The translations under genes and the position numbers were made by a program. The notes below the pieces were generated by a model. That model was given only the letters and a program-made list of their open reading frames with translations. It searched no databases and was not told where the DNA came from. A DNA stretch of 41,598 bases, taken from the IMG/VR virus record IMGVR_UViG_3300008954_000101, positions 1 to 41,598 of that record. The stretch is one strand, 5' to 3'. Every line of letters starts with the position of its first letter. Within the stretch, counting starts at the first letter, position 1. This document shows positions 9,244 to 18,818 of this stretch, piece by piece. The stretch is from a virus. Taxonomy: Duplodnaviria; Caudoviricetes.

Positions 9244-10188
9244 TTATGTCAGGGCGTAGGTAGGAGGTTTTGTAATCTCTGCGATTAGTTTCACTTTGGA
9301 TAAATCCTCCAAGTCAAAGGCTGGCTCTATTGATATTACTTTCATGGTTACTGAGGCAGTAAGAGTATTGCTAGCCGTGTCAGTCACTGCCCATAGGAAT
9401 ACGACCTCAGCAGTCTCTCCAGTGGTCAATAGATTGCCTATTGTTTTTAATTGCTCAGTGCCAGAGTCTGTAAAATCAGCCTTTAACATATTGAACATAC
9501 AGTTGAATCTCCCTGAATATCCTCCAGTGAAATAAACTGCCTGTCTGTCAGTTGTGCTAGTACCGTCAATTAACTCAGGAATTTGTCTAAATCCTCCAGC
9601 CCATTGAACGTCATAAGCCTCAGTGTATGTGTAATCTGCTGCAGGCTTGCTGTCTCCCCCACTGGCTGAGGTGTCAAAGGATAAAACTCCCCCATATCCC
9701 TTAAAGACAGTAGTAGTTTCTGATTTAATTCTAGTTAGTGTCAAATTCATGGTTCTGATTAATACTTGAGAGATTTTGTCTACCTGATCATTATTTGTCC
9801 AGCCTGCATTAGATACGTAGTAGACTCCAGTGCCAGCGTTAGGATCATAGACTGTTTTGACTATTCTGCTTACCTCGTCACACATATCCTCGACTCTAGC
9901 CTCTGAAATATCCCATTTCGAGTTTTTCACGTCCTCTACCGTATAACGGCATTTTATCTCAAATACGTCCCTAACTTCGGTAAACTTTTGATGGATAACG
10001 TCTGCAGAGAGTGGAGTGATCTTTTTGACCTCTATTGATTTCTTAGTTTCAATCTGTTTAACTTGAGGGTGTGCAAAGAATTTTACCGCATTTTTCATGG
10101 TGTTTGTAGTGGTTTTAGCAAGTGCTCCAGTTAAAGCCCAGCCAGATTCTATCGAATCTCTCAGGGTGTCTGCCTGAAAGTCTCCCAT
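9244..10188 (-). CDS. Tail structural protein (terminator-like N half, tube-like C half)
   Basis: Follows the head-tail connector; beta-rich, two-domain appearance. Confidence 0.45.
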   Translation of the reverse strand: MGDFQADTLRDSIESGWALTGALAKTTTNTMKNAVKFFAHPQVKQIETKKSIEVKKITPLSADVIHQKFTEVRDVFEIKCRYTVEDVKNSKWDISEARVEDMCDEVSRIVKTVYDPNAGTGVYYVSNAGWTNNDQVDKISQVLIRTMNLTLTRIKSETTTVFKGYGGVLSFDTSASGGDSKPAADYTYTEAYDVQWAGGFRQIPELIDGTSTTDRQAVYFTGGYSGRFNCMFNMLKADFTDSGTEQLKTIGNLLTTGETAEVVFLWAVTDTASNTLTASVTMKVISIEPAFDLEDLSKVKLIAEITKPPTYALT

Positions 10189-10189
10189 G

Positions 10190-10552
10190 TTAAACCTCTA
10201 GTCCAGTGACGTTGCCTGCTGTTTTTGAAAAAGTGTTAGTGGTAAATCCGTCGTCATTTTGCCTTCCGTACTGAGCCTTGATATGAGATTGAATATCCTT
10301 ACGTGCAGAGTCGTATAATGCTCTAGGGTGGTCAGGACTATTCCATAGGAGATATTCTGCTGCAGCGAGTTTGTTTGATAGTGCCTTGAGTTCAGTATCT
10401 GGGACGTTAATTGGGACGGTAGCGTGTAGACCTACTTGGATATTGATGTAAGAATCTGCCTGTTCCCCTAGGTCATTGAGATACGAATCCTGATCAGAGT
10501 CGTCTATGTGTAGTTTATTCTTAATTCCAGTAAGAGAGTAATAAGTTGCCAT
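10190..10552 (-). CDS. Head-tail connector (gp6/gp15-like)
   Basis: YYSLTGIKNKLHIDDSDQDSYLNDLGEQADSYIN signature. Confidence 0.75.
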   Translation of the reverse strand: MATYYSLTGIKNKLHIDDSDQDSYLNDLGEQADSYINIQVGLHATVPINVPDTELKALSNKLAAAEYLLWNSPDHPRALYDSARKDIQSHIKAQYGRQNDDGFTTNTFSKTAGNVTGLEV

Positions 10553-10869
10553 TATGCCAATTTCTCCAATACCTTAACGCTCATGTGTAGAGTTTTTCTC
10601 CTGACAGATACTCCAGTGTCTACCATGTCAATCTGTGCCGTATATGCTCCTGCAGTTAATGAGGCTGTATGGGCTGTCAATATTGCCCATCTTACTACCC
10701 CTGTGGTTCCTGAGGGTTTTGACATTGTTGTAGAAATAATTGATGTGGCAAAGTCAGTGCTAGTTACTGTTAGTGTAATGGTATCGAAATTATCTAGATC
10801 TGCAGCAGAGCCAGTTTCATTGTCAATTATAGTAATATCATAAGAGTCCCCAAACTCTCCCACGACCAA
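10552..10869 (-). CDS. BppU-N-like Ig-fold virion protein
   Basis: GVVRWAI....TASLTAGAYTAQIDM pattern. Confidence 0.5.
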   Translation of the reverse strand: MVVGEFGDSYDITIIDNETGSAADLDNFDTITLTVTSTDFATSIISTTMSKPSGTTGVVRWAILTAHTASLTAGAYTAQIDMVDTGVSVRRKTLHMSVKVLEKLA

Positions 10870-10931
10870 TTCTATATCGGCAATAATGTTTCGACCTCCA
10901 TAATAATCAGTACCGTGTTCTCGTAAAAGTG

Positions 10932-11630
10932 TTAAGTTGAGGTAGTTCCTGAACGCTTGAATATTTGGGTAATTCCTGACCTTTTGACTAGGAAAGTGGT
11001 AGCCTCCTTAATACGTCTAGCACCCTCTCCAGCAAGTCCCTTAAAGGCTACAAGTAAATCAGTGATAGTTAAAGTCTGTGTGAGTTCTCTAGTTGCCACT
11101 AAGGTTCTGGCTACTGAATTAGTGTGAGTCCATGTTACTGCAGCCGTTCTAAGTGCAGCATATACTCTACCTATTGAATCTGAGGCAGTTACTGTTTGAG
11201 TGGAAATAAATCTCACAATTCCTAGTTTAATGGCTGACGTTAATGTGACAGTTTGAGAAATAGATCTTGGAACATCTCTCACTCTTACTAATGAATCTGA
11301 AATGGAGGTTTTTGCCTCTGTCAAATATCCTGATGAAACATAACCTGTTGAAGTATATCCTGCCGTTCCAATAGCCAACTCTCTAGTTGCTACAATTCCT
11401 CTAGTTAATGCGTCAGTGATAGTTTGGGCTTGAGTTGTGATAAATCTTACAATTCCTAATTTTATTGCGTCCGTTAAAGTTACAGTTTGGGAGGCAGTTC
11501 TAGTTGAGGCAAGAGTCCTAGCAGTTGTATCTGACCAATTAGTTGAGGCAGTAATATATCCTGAACTAACATATCCTGATAAAACATACCCACCACCTCC
11601 CTCGGCAATAGTTCTAGTATATGAGGTCAA
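10932..11630 (-). CDS. Thr-rich repeat virion protein
   Basis: Duplicated GYVSSGY and SQTVTLT.AIKLGIVRFI.TQ units. Confidence 0.6.
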   Translation of the reverse strand: MTSYTRTIAEGGGGYVLSGYVSSGYITASTNWSDTTARTLASTRTASQTVTLTDAIKLGIVRFITTQAQTITDALTRGIVATRELAIGTAGYTSTGYVSSGYLTEAKTSISDSLVRVRDVPRSISQTVTLTSAIKLGIVRFISTQTVTASDSIGRVYAALRTAAVTWTHTNSVARTLVATRELTQTLTITDLLVAFKGLAGEGARRIKEATTFLVKRSGITQIFKRSGTTST

Positions 11631-11912
11631 TTAACTAACCACCAATATTACTTCCTTACGACAATTTGGGCAAATCTTAAAGTTTGTCTCACTTCTATGA
11701 GTTCCAGATATTTTACAATCATTACATCTCCAATTTTTTAGTTCAATCCAGTTTCTGCAACCATTACAGTATCTCATATAATCAGAAGAGTTGTAAATTT
11801 CTCTAATGTTATAACTAAATTCATCTATGTTTAGTTCTCTCTCATTACACCTGTCACAGAGATAATTATTCCCGTTTCTTACCCCTTCATACCATTCTAG
11901 TTCCAAGTCCAT
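11631..11912 (-). CDS. Double Zn-ribbon protein
   Basis: CDRC, CNGC, CNDC, CPNC. Confidence 0.65.
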   Translation of the reverse strand: MDLELEWYEGVRNGNNYLCDRCNERELNIDEFSYNIREIYNSSDYMRYCNGCRNWIELKNWRCNDCKISGTHRSETNFKICPNCRKEVILVVS

Positions 11913-11913
11913 T

Positions 11914-12411
11914 CTAATCGGTTCCTAGTGCTGAAATATTAGAATTAGTAAGATAATCTGCTCCACCTGTTGTATTATTAAAATCTATTCTAGTTATATC
12001 TGCATCAGGACTTGGGACAAATTTATTAACTGCTTCTTTTCTTTCGGGGTCATTTGCTGCTCCTGTTCCACCATGCCAAACCACAAATTCTATTGCCAGT
12101 TTTTCCTCTCCAGAAATAGAACAAACATACATTACACTAAATGAATCACTTGCATCTTCTGTACCAATTCCTGATACTTGGTCAATATTAGATGATGAAG
12201 TAATTGTTCCATCTGTTACACCATTAGCTGATTCTCTCCAAGCATAAACAGAATTTGTATTATTGTTGAAAGTTTGTACTCTTCGAACCCTTCCTGTTGC
12301 TATAATATGTGATAAAAATAAATTGAATTTATTTGCAGTTAAATCCGTAATATCCAAATCATCTCCTGAACTTCCTAACGTGCTAGGTGTTCCATTTTTT
12401 CCCCATGCCAA
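11914..12411 (-). CDS. Fibre-tip/receptor-binding domain protein
   Basis: Paralogous to both halves of 12430-13515 (TLGS.G..ID.T.L...K; GTGA.NDP.R.E.V.K). Confidence 0.6.
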   Translation of the reverse strand: MAWGKNGTPSTLGSSGDDLDITDLTANKFNLFLSHIIATGRVRRVQTFNNNTNSVYAWRESANGVTDGTITSSSNIDQVSGIGTEDASDSFSVMYVCSISGEEKLAIEFVVWHGGTGAANDPERKEAVNKFVPSPDADITRIDFNNTTGGADYLTNSNISALGTD

Positions 12412-12429
12412 TTTAATTCACTCCTTCCA

Positions 12430-13515
12430 TTAGTCAGCACCCCATATTTTAAGCCAAGATTTATCACCAAAAGAGCCAGAGGCACGTCTAACTTCTATGT
12501 CAGTTGCTTGTGTTGTATTTGCGTCTTTAAATACAATTTCATCTCTTAATGGGTCATTTCCTGCTCCTGTTCCACCTTCCATTACTCCGTGACATATACC
12601 CATTTTTTCATTAGTTCCATCATTAATCATAAATATATTTTTAAATCCATTAATTTCTGTTTCACCACCAAACCCAACGTGAATTAAATTATCGTTTCTA
12701 CTTGTAATTTGACCATCACCAGTACCATTTTGACTATATCTTATAGCATAATTGCCAGAAGCGTCTGCTCCATTTATGACCATTTGAACATTCCCTGCAC
12801 TTGCCATACCTTCCATGTAAACTTGAATCCAAAGATATTTTTTTGCTGTAAATCCAGCTAAACCTGTATCTAGTCCTGCATTTCCACTTCCTGAATACAA
12901 TTCTTCCCAAAAATTATTAGTATGTGTATCTGATGGATCCCAACCTAGTACGACCATTTCAGCACCACTAGCAAAAGTATTGGATACGGAATTTATTTCA
13001 AATTGGTCTATGGCATTATTTGTGTTTACCCATTTTGCTACTTGTTCTTTTCGTGTTGGAGCTGTTCCTGCTCCTGTACTTGGTCTGTTACTTGCGTGCC
13101 ATCTTTGGATTAGTTTTTCTTTTGTAGGTAGATTAGCAGAATAGAAAACTTCAAACCCAATATTACCTGTATAAATTCCATCAGGAGCTATTATGCCACT
13201 ACTAGATTCTGATGTTCCATCTCCTCCACCATCTTGTGATGTTCTCATTGCATAATTTGAGTCAGAATCAGCATTTAATCTTAAACGTGGTTGAACATTA
13301 CTACCACTTACAGGCATATTTACCAAAGTCATATAATATCTCTTATCTGCCAATGATGTTACGTCAATAGAAGCTCCTGCACTTCCCAAAGTAGTTCTTC
13401 CAAGTTCAACCCAACCACCTACATCTCCTGCTGCAAATCTGTATGGATTTGTAATGAATGGAGATTTTGTTTCTCTAAATGATTTAAGGAATGAATCCTG
13501 AATCATTATACCCAC
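12430..13515 (-). CDS. Two-domain receptor-binding/fibre-tip protein
   Basis: FITNPYRF leader, then two homologous beta-sandwich-like repeats. Confidence 0.6.
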   Translation of the reverse strand: MGIMIQDSFLKSFRETKSPFITNPYRFAAGDVGGWVELGRTTLGSAGASIDVTSLADKRYYMTLVNMPVSGSNVQPRLRLNADSDSNYAMRTSQDGGGDGTSESSSGIIAPDGIYTGNIGFEVFYSANLPTKEKLIQRWHASNRPSTGAGTAPTRKEQVAKWVNTNNAIDQFEINSVSNTFASGAEMVVLGWDPSDTHTNNFWEELYSGSGNAGLDTGLAGFTAKKYLWIQVYMEGMASAGNVQMVINGADASGNYAIRYSQNGTGDGQITSRNDNLIHVGFGGETEINGFKNIFMINDGTNEKMGICHGVMEGGTGAGNDPLRDEIVFKDANTTQATDIEVRRASGSFGDKSWLKIWGAD

Positions 13516-13706
13516 TCTTTGATTATTGATTTTCCAGATTTGTTATAAAATCCCATTACTACTTCTAAAGATAGTGTCTTTAATGCTGCTTCAATATTAT
13601 CTGCTTCCCATGCATAGACTTGAATCTCCTGTGCTTTGTTTCCATCTATGAATCTGAGGATTGTTGTAAATGATTCATCAAAATCTTCTCTTTCTACTTT
13701 AACCAT
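13506..13706 (-). CDS. Hypothetical protein
   Basis: ORF with a GAGGTG RBS inside the fibre operon. Confidence 0.5.
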   Translation of the reverse strand: MVKVEREDFDESFTTILRFIDGNKAQEIQVYAWEADNIEAALKTLSLEVVMGFYNKSGKSIIKEWV

Positions 13707-13717
13707 TCATATCACCT

Positions 13718-15274
13718 CTAAGTTTGGTATCCTATCAAGTAAATCTTTAATCCTGCTTCTGTTGCTCCTGTACTTAATGCGTCAATATCTACTGTAATAA
13801 CCCCACTGTCAGCCAAACTTGAATCAGATATTACTGGGGGAGTTGTTGCTGTAGTAGATGTTTTTTCAGTTGCATCAATAGTTATTTTTGTGGATAAGAT
13901 AGATGTGCCACCCTCGTTAATATCAACTGTGAAAGCATTATCTGTAGTCGGAGCAGTTGTGACTGTTGCTCTAACTGCTGTTAATGTAAAAGCGTAAGGC
14001 ATTTGAAATTCTGTTTTCCCTGTTCCTTCTGTGAGTGCTGTTGTTTCATCACTGGCTGCAATTATTAGGGCTTCTGTTGCAGAGTGAGTTCCTGTTTTAG
14101 AGGCTACTTGAAAGTCAGTTCCTGTATCATCTGTAAACCATAATTGATTAGGTGTTGCTGTCTTTACCCAAATTTGTCCCTCGCCTGCAGCGTCAGCGTC
14201 TGCTGCTGCCTGCTCTGCTAGGAATATTACACCCCCATTTTGGAGATTATATCCTGCCATTTCTATATCTGCAGTGAGTGTGGCAGATACCTCGGCTCCA
14301 ATAGCCAAATTAGATATTGTTACATTATCAGCGTCTATGGTTCCACTTGAGGGAGTTCCTAATACTGGAGCAGTAAATGTAGGACTCGTTAATGTCTTAT
14401 TGGTTAAAGTCTCAGTTCCTGATAATGTGGCTACTTGGAAATCTGTCCCTGCGTCGTCAGTAAACCATAGAGTATTTGGAGTAGCGGTTAATACCCATAA
14501 TTGACCGTCTCCTGCCACGTCAGCATTTGCAGCAGCCTGCTCAGTCATTGATAATGTGCCTAATCCCGTAATATCATAACCTCCTCCTGCTAGGGCTCCT
14601 CCTAGAGTTGGACTTGTATCGTCTGATAGGTTTAACATCATTGTACCGCTAGCGTCAGGTATTGTCACGGTTCTAGTTGTTCCTGTTGAAATAGTTGAAC
14701 ATTGGAATACTGCTATTTTGGTATTGTCAGCATTATCTTTGAGATTGAAAGCGTTATCCAAAATATTGATTGTAGGAGTTGTGAGCGTCTTATTGGTTAA
14801 AGTCTGAGTGGCAGAGTTTGTAGTTAATTCTTGCACGGTTCCTGAGCTGTTCTTAGTGGTTAATTGATTAGATGTAGAATCTGCATAAATTCTATGAGTG
14901 CTTGCTGCAGGAGAACTAGGTGCTGCGACCTCTGTAGCGTCAAGCCAGTTACCTATTTTTTTACTGGAAATAGTCTGAATCATATCATCTATGACAAAGG
15001 TGCCGTCTCCTACCATTAGAGGAAATGAGACGGTTCTGTCTGCGACGATTGCAGCACTTGAGTCTATGATATACCCGTAAGTATTAGCAGTGTTTTGAAA
15101 TTGACATTTTGAGGTTCTGAAAAACCATGGAGAGTTAATATCTACATTATCAACATTAAGATCTCCATTGAATAATTGAGCATATAGTAAAAGTCCGTCA
15201 GGGACACCGTATTTAGTAGAATCTCCAGAGGTTGTGTCTGTGGCTTCTTTCCATGATGTAGAGGCTAGAGTCAT
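13718..15274 (-). CDS. Tail fibre/whisker protein with internal repeats
   Basis: TLTNKTLT twice; a ~40-aa unit EQAAA.AD.AG.GQ.WV.TATPN.LWFTDD.GTDFQVA twice. Confidence 0.7.
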   Translation of the reverse strand: MTLASTSWKEATDTTSGDSTKYGVPDGLLLYAQLFNGDLNVDNVDINSPWFFRTSKCQFQNTANTYGYIIDSSAAIVADRTVSFPLMVGDGTFVIDDMIQTISSKKIGNWLDATEVAAPSSPAASTHRIYADSTSNQLTTKNSSGTVQELTTNSATQTLTNKTLTTPTINILDNAFNLKDNADNTKIAVFQCSTISTGTTRTVTIPDASGTMMLNLSDDTSPTLGGALAGGGYDITGLGTLSMTEQAAANADVAGDGQLWVLTATPNTLWFTDDAGTDFQVATLSGTETLTNKTLTSPTFTAPVLGTPSSGTIDADNVTISNLAIGAEVSATLTADIEMAGYNLQNGGVIFLAEQAAADADAAGEGQIWVKTATPNQLWFTDDTGTDFQVASKTGTHSATEALIIAASDETTALTEGTGKTEFQMPYAFTLTAVRATVTTAPTTDNAFTVDINEGGTSILSTKITIDATEKTSTTATTPPVISDSSLADSGVITVDIDALSTGATEAGLKIYLIGYQT

Positions 15275-15283
15275 TTAGTACCC

Positions 15284-15844
15284 CTAATCGTCTAAGGTCA
15301 AAGTCCAAGTAACGGTTAAGGTGTCTGAACTGATAAGGGTAGTAGCGGTAAATGTGTTAATGTGATACATTGTTCCTGAACTTGCTGCGTCAAATAATGC
15401 TGCTTTTTGGACGGCAGTATGAGTTGCAGAAGCAGTAAAAGTGTGAGATATTGTTGTAGTATTTGTTGAAGTAGATTTTGTTGAAGCGTCAGCCCTTTCT
15501 AAACCTCCTGTTGTGATTTCGCCTGTAAGAACTGTGTCTCCGTCTGCTGGAGATCCAGTGTTTACAGTGACGGCAATGTATCCACAACCTCTGGCTCCTG
15601 CTGAGGTATTAGTGTAAATTTGTGCATGGGCTTTAGTTCGTCCTGCGTCTGTCAATAAGTTACGTTTATCCTTACAGATGATCTCCTCGTTTGGTTTACC
15701 CATGTTTTTAATGACTGTTAAACGACCTTGAGAGGCAGTATTTTCTTTCATTCCTAATCCGATAGGAATTTCGTGATTAACCCACCATGATAAGTTCTGT
15801 AATGCCTGTCCTAAGAATAAGTCAATTTCGTGCAGAAATCCCAT
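15284..15844 (-). CDS. Virion structural (fibre-base type) protein
   Basis: NLLTDAGR...YIAV...DTVLTGEI...ALFDAASSGTM...DTLTVTWTL. Confidence 0.6.
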   Translation of the reverse strand: MGFLHEIDLFLGQALQNLSWWVNHEIPIGLGMKENTASQGRLTVIKNMGKPNEEIICKDKRNLLTDAGRTKAHAQIYTNTSAGARGCGYIAVTVNTGSPADGDTVLTGEITTGGLERADASTKSTSTNTTTISHTFTASATHTAVQKAALFDAASSGTMYHINTFTATTLISSDTLTVTWTLTLDD

Positions 15845-15875
15845 ACGTTATCTAATAGTTTTACAATAAAAGTGT

Positions 15876-16619
15876 CTACCTGTCACTAGCCCATTTGAGC
15901 CATTTGAGCCATCTCATTCTGAGCCATGCAGACATTAACCGTGCTCCATACTTTGTCATTATTCTTGCTTGATCTCTCATCTGTGGATACTCTGCCATTA
16001 AGTCATAACGAAATGCCATGATATTATCATATTCTGAGTCATGCGGTAGTCCTAACCCATGTCCTAATTCATGGGCATATACTTGATCAAAGTCTAAGGA
16101 TTTGTAATATTTATTTGGATATTGCACAGGGATACCAAATTTCTCGTACTCAGTTCCTTTGACTGGGTTTCCATGTGAGGTAAAAAAGAACGCTTTGTTT
16201 ACAACACATAGACCTCTCAAAGGGTGGTCTACTTTGTTAATTGGGTAGTAATGATACATGATAGTATTTTCGTTGAGTTGTTTGTCAGGGTCTGACTCTA
16301 CTGTCCTAAACTCTATTCTAAAATCTACTATTTCGTCAGGCTTTGCCTTTTTGAATTTTGGAGTATTTGCATAGATTCTCCAGCGTCTCTGACCGAATTG
16401 TACTGCTCTAGTAGCCTGCTTTTGTGTGAACTCTACGTCCTCATTTAATACTGCATAAGTAAAATATTTCCCGTTGGCTGGCTTCATAGTACCATATTTC
16501 TTATCGTCCTCTATTGTCTGAGATAATGTTAATCCTCTAGTATCTGCAGATTCAAATTCTACTCCGTTTTTCCCTAGAATTGCTTTGCATAGCAGAGGGG
16601 TGGTAGGTACATTAGACAT
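15876..16619 (-). CDS. Matrixin (M10-like) zinc metalloprotease
   Basis: HELGHGLGLPH (HExxHxxGxxH) plus Met-turn NIMA. Confidence 0.85.
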   Translation of the reverse strand: MSNVPTTPLLCKAILGKNGVEFESADTRGLTLSQTIEDDKKYGTMKPANGKYFTYAVLNEDVEFTQKQATRAVQFGQRRWRIYANTPKFKKAKPDEIVDFRIEFRTVESDPDKQLNENTIMYHYYPINKVDHPLRGLCVVNKAFFFTSHGNPVKGTEYEKFGIPVQYPNKYYKSLDFDQVYAHELGHGLGLPHDSEYDNIMAFRYDLMAEYPQMRDQARIMTKYGARLMSAWLRMRWLKWLKWASDR

Positions 16620-16655
16620 AAAAAAAAGAGTGTAGTGTTAGGTAAAAAGAGTTAC

Positions 16656-16835
16656 TTAACTTTGTGCTGAGTCAAACAAGTGTTTTGCTGCGAATCCTAA
16701 CAGGATACCCATAGCCGAACCGCTTGCTACATCTGCTGCTGCTCCACTGACAAATCCATAAAGGACAGTTCCTATGGTTGCTGCAGCCATGATGTTTGAG
16801 ACTCTTGCCTTACTAAATATTGGTACGTCTGCCAT
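16656..16835 (-). CDS. Small 2-TM membrane protein (holin-like)
   Basis: Two hydrophobic helices; the start MADVP is 23 nt from a late promoter. Confidence 0.55.
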   Translation of the reverse strand: MADVPIFSKARVSNIMAAATIGTVLYGFVSGAAADVASGSAMGILLGFAAKHLFDSAQS

Positions 16836-16872
16836 GTCTCCCTCCAATATTACTATCATAAAAGAGTCAGTG

Positions 16873-16980
16873 TTAAACTGGGAATAGTATTAAGAATCTC
16901 TTGCAGTTATGACAAAGTATTTTTCCATTAATTCCCTGATCTAAATTTTCAGAGGTACATCTAGGACATTGTAGTTTCAT
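16873..16980 (-). CDS. 35-aa Zn-ribbon microprotein
   Basis: MKLQCPRCTSENLDQGINGKILCHNCKRFLILFPV (manual translation). Confidence 0.6.
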   Translation of the reverse strand: MKLQCPRCTSENLDQGINGKILCHNCKRFLILFPV

Positions 16981-17059
16981 TTTGCGTAAAACCCCAAAGT
17001 AAACACAACAATAGAAAAAATCATGGTTGTGACCATTCCTGCCACAAAGTCAGTATAAT

Positions 17060-17479
17060 TCAATGATAACCCTCCCATGTATAGTCTGGATTCCAGTGCT
17101 TAACAAAGTCTGGATTGTATTGTAATCTGTCCCAGTCAGCGTGTGGATTAGGACAGTCAAAGGCTTTGAGTTCTGCCTCGTTTAATCCCCATGCGTGGAG
17201 TATTTCGTGAGTCCTAATATCACAGGCTCTTTGAATCCATTTACCTATCATATTTTTCTCTAGTCTAATTACATCTGTATTGGGATTATAACACCCAAAG
17301 GCAGGCTCATCATTACAGTCGTTAATCTCATCTACATAGTATATCGGGACTGCTCTAGTTCCTAGATAGTCATTTGTAGCCCAAATCCATTCGTCAGGCA
17401 TATCTCCATAAATTTTCATGGCTCCTATGGCAAAAATTGAGATAACTATGATAAGAAGAAAAATAGAGGCTGGGCTCAA
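17060..17479 (-). CDS. Membrane-anchored zincin-like protein
   Basis: N-terminal TM/signal; GCY....VIRL...THEILHAWG. Confidence 0.65.
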   Translation of the reverse strand: MSPASIFLLIIVISIFAIGAMKIYGDMPDEWIWATNDYLGTRAVPIYYVDEINDCNDEPAFGCYNPNTDVIRLEKNMIGKWIQRACDIRTHEILHAWGLNEAELKAFDCPNPHADWDRLQYNPDFVKHWNPDYTWEGYH

Positions 17480-18495
17480 TTTCCGTAGCCCTCGCCTGTG
17501 TATTGGTTTTGTTGTGCTTTCATAACTTCTTGTAATTGTTGCAATTTTTCACGGTATTTTTCTCCAGTGATTTGTTTTGCTTGCTGTGCTCCTCCGTCAG
17601 TTTGATACTTTAGGAATTTGTCCTCTACTGAACTACCATACTCTACAAAGCCCTTAGGATTTACAATATCTCCGTCAGGATATTCTACTGGCGGACAGTC
17701 ATACTGAGACTTTGTTCTTTGCTCGTATAATGTGTGAGTACAGATTGTCTTTTGTGCGTCCTCTACTGACTCTATGAAGTTGTGCTCATTGAGTGGTACG
17801 TGAGTCTTAACGTCTAGCCATCTGCCCTCATCTACTATCGCTTTTTCGCTATGATGTGGCTGGATTTGACCAAAGTATTGACCCATGTGTAGGGTGTATG
17901 CACCTAGAGTGACAGGGTTTAAGATTGTGCGTATTGCTTTGCACTCCTCAATACCTTTTTTGAGTTCAGCGTGTCTGCCTGTATAGTCAAAGGCTTTAGT
18001 CCATTCTGGGGATTCGCCATTTCTGTCGTTAATCCATGTGTAACTAATAGCAAAACTGCTAGGAGTTACGACTCCGAATGACTCGGCATAACCTCTCTGA
18101 CATTCAGCCAAGTTCTGCAATAAGGCTAAGTATTCTTTTTCCTTAGGGTCGAGATCATCTTTTTCGATTAATCTCTCCATATCTTGCTCGAATTTGGTTA
18201 GAATAGTCTCAGGTTCCTCCTCTATGACTATTGGTTCAGGTACGTCCTCGACTTTGGTACTTGCCTCAGTTGGATTAGGGATTGTCTCTGTGCCATTAAC
18301 GATAATATCGTTGAGATCGATTATAGATGGATCCCATTCACAGACAAAATTCCCATTCTCTAACATTCCACAAATACGTCCATTAAACTCGAATGGTACG
18401 ATTACAGCGTCGTTAGTCTGCTCCTCTGCGTGTGCGATTGATAAACTCATGGCACCTATTGTAAACAATAGAAATGCTGTAAGGAGTTTAATCAT
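17476..18495 (-). CDS. Secreted/membrane Cys-containing protein
   Basis: Likely start MIKLLTAFLLF...AHA (signal peptide), overlapping the stop of the upstream microprotein. Confidence 0.65.
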   Translation of the reverse strand: MIKLLTAFLLFTIGAMSLSIAHAEEQTNDAVIVPFEFNGRICGMLENGNFVCEWDPSIIDLNDIIVNGTETIPNPTEASTKVEDVPEPIVIEEEPETILTKFEQDMERLIEKDDLDPKEKEYLALLQNLAECQRGYAESFGVVTPSSFAISYTWINDRNGESPEWTKAFDYTGRHAELKKGIEECKAIRTILNPVTLGAYTLHMGQYFGQIQPHHSEKAIVDEGRWLDVKTHVPLNEHNFIESVEDAQKTICTHTLYEQRTKSQYDCPPVEYPDGDIVNPKGFVEYGSSVEDKFLKYQTDGGAQQAKQITGEKYREKLQQLQEVMKAQQNQYTGEGYGN

Positions 18496-18586
18496 TTTTG
18501 ACCTTGCCTCCGCATGATGGACAGGTAACGTTTTGAAGTTTTGAAGTGGTCTCCCACTTGTATTCACATTTGTTACATTGTGTCAT
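18488..18586 (-). CDS. 32-aa Zn-ribbon microprotein
   Basis: MTQCNKCEYKWETTSKLQNVTCPSCGGKVKND (manual translation). Confidence 0.65.
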   Translation of the reverse strand: MTQCNKCEYKWETTSKLQNVTCPSCGGKVKND

Positions 18587-18639
18587 AGGTAGTGGTAGTA
18601 GTATAAGTGTAAGTGGTAGTTTGTCAAATTTTATTTACG

Positions 18640-18718
18640 GTTAGGGTAGAATAACCAAGGCTAAGACAGGTACTGGAGGGTAACCTGTGAGGGAGGTCGT
18701 ATCGTTGTCTACCCTAAC
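18640..18718 (-). ncRNA. Candidate 79-nt structured small RNA
   Basis: 11-bp terminal stem GTTAGGGTAGA/TCTACCCTAAC, an internal hairpin, and a late promoter 22 nt upstream. Confidence 0.6.
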
Positions 18719-18818
18719 AAATTTTGTGAGAATGTGAAATTAAAAGAGTTAATCTTCGTCACTAAATGGAATTAAAAATGATAATGCTCTAAGCCAGTTG
18801 CATTGATCTGGAGATTTC

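Noticed and set aside
11914-15274. Diversity-generating retroelement on the fibre genes
   Set aside because: There is no reverse transcriptase. The repeats are in-frame protein duplications, not adenine-specific TR/VR pairs.
18640-18718. tRNA gene
   Set aside because: The length is right, but there is no cloverleaf or TTCRA T-loop.
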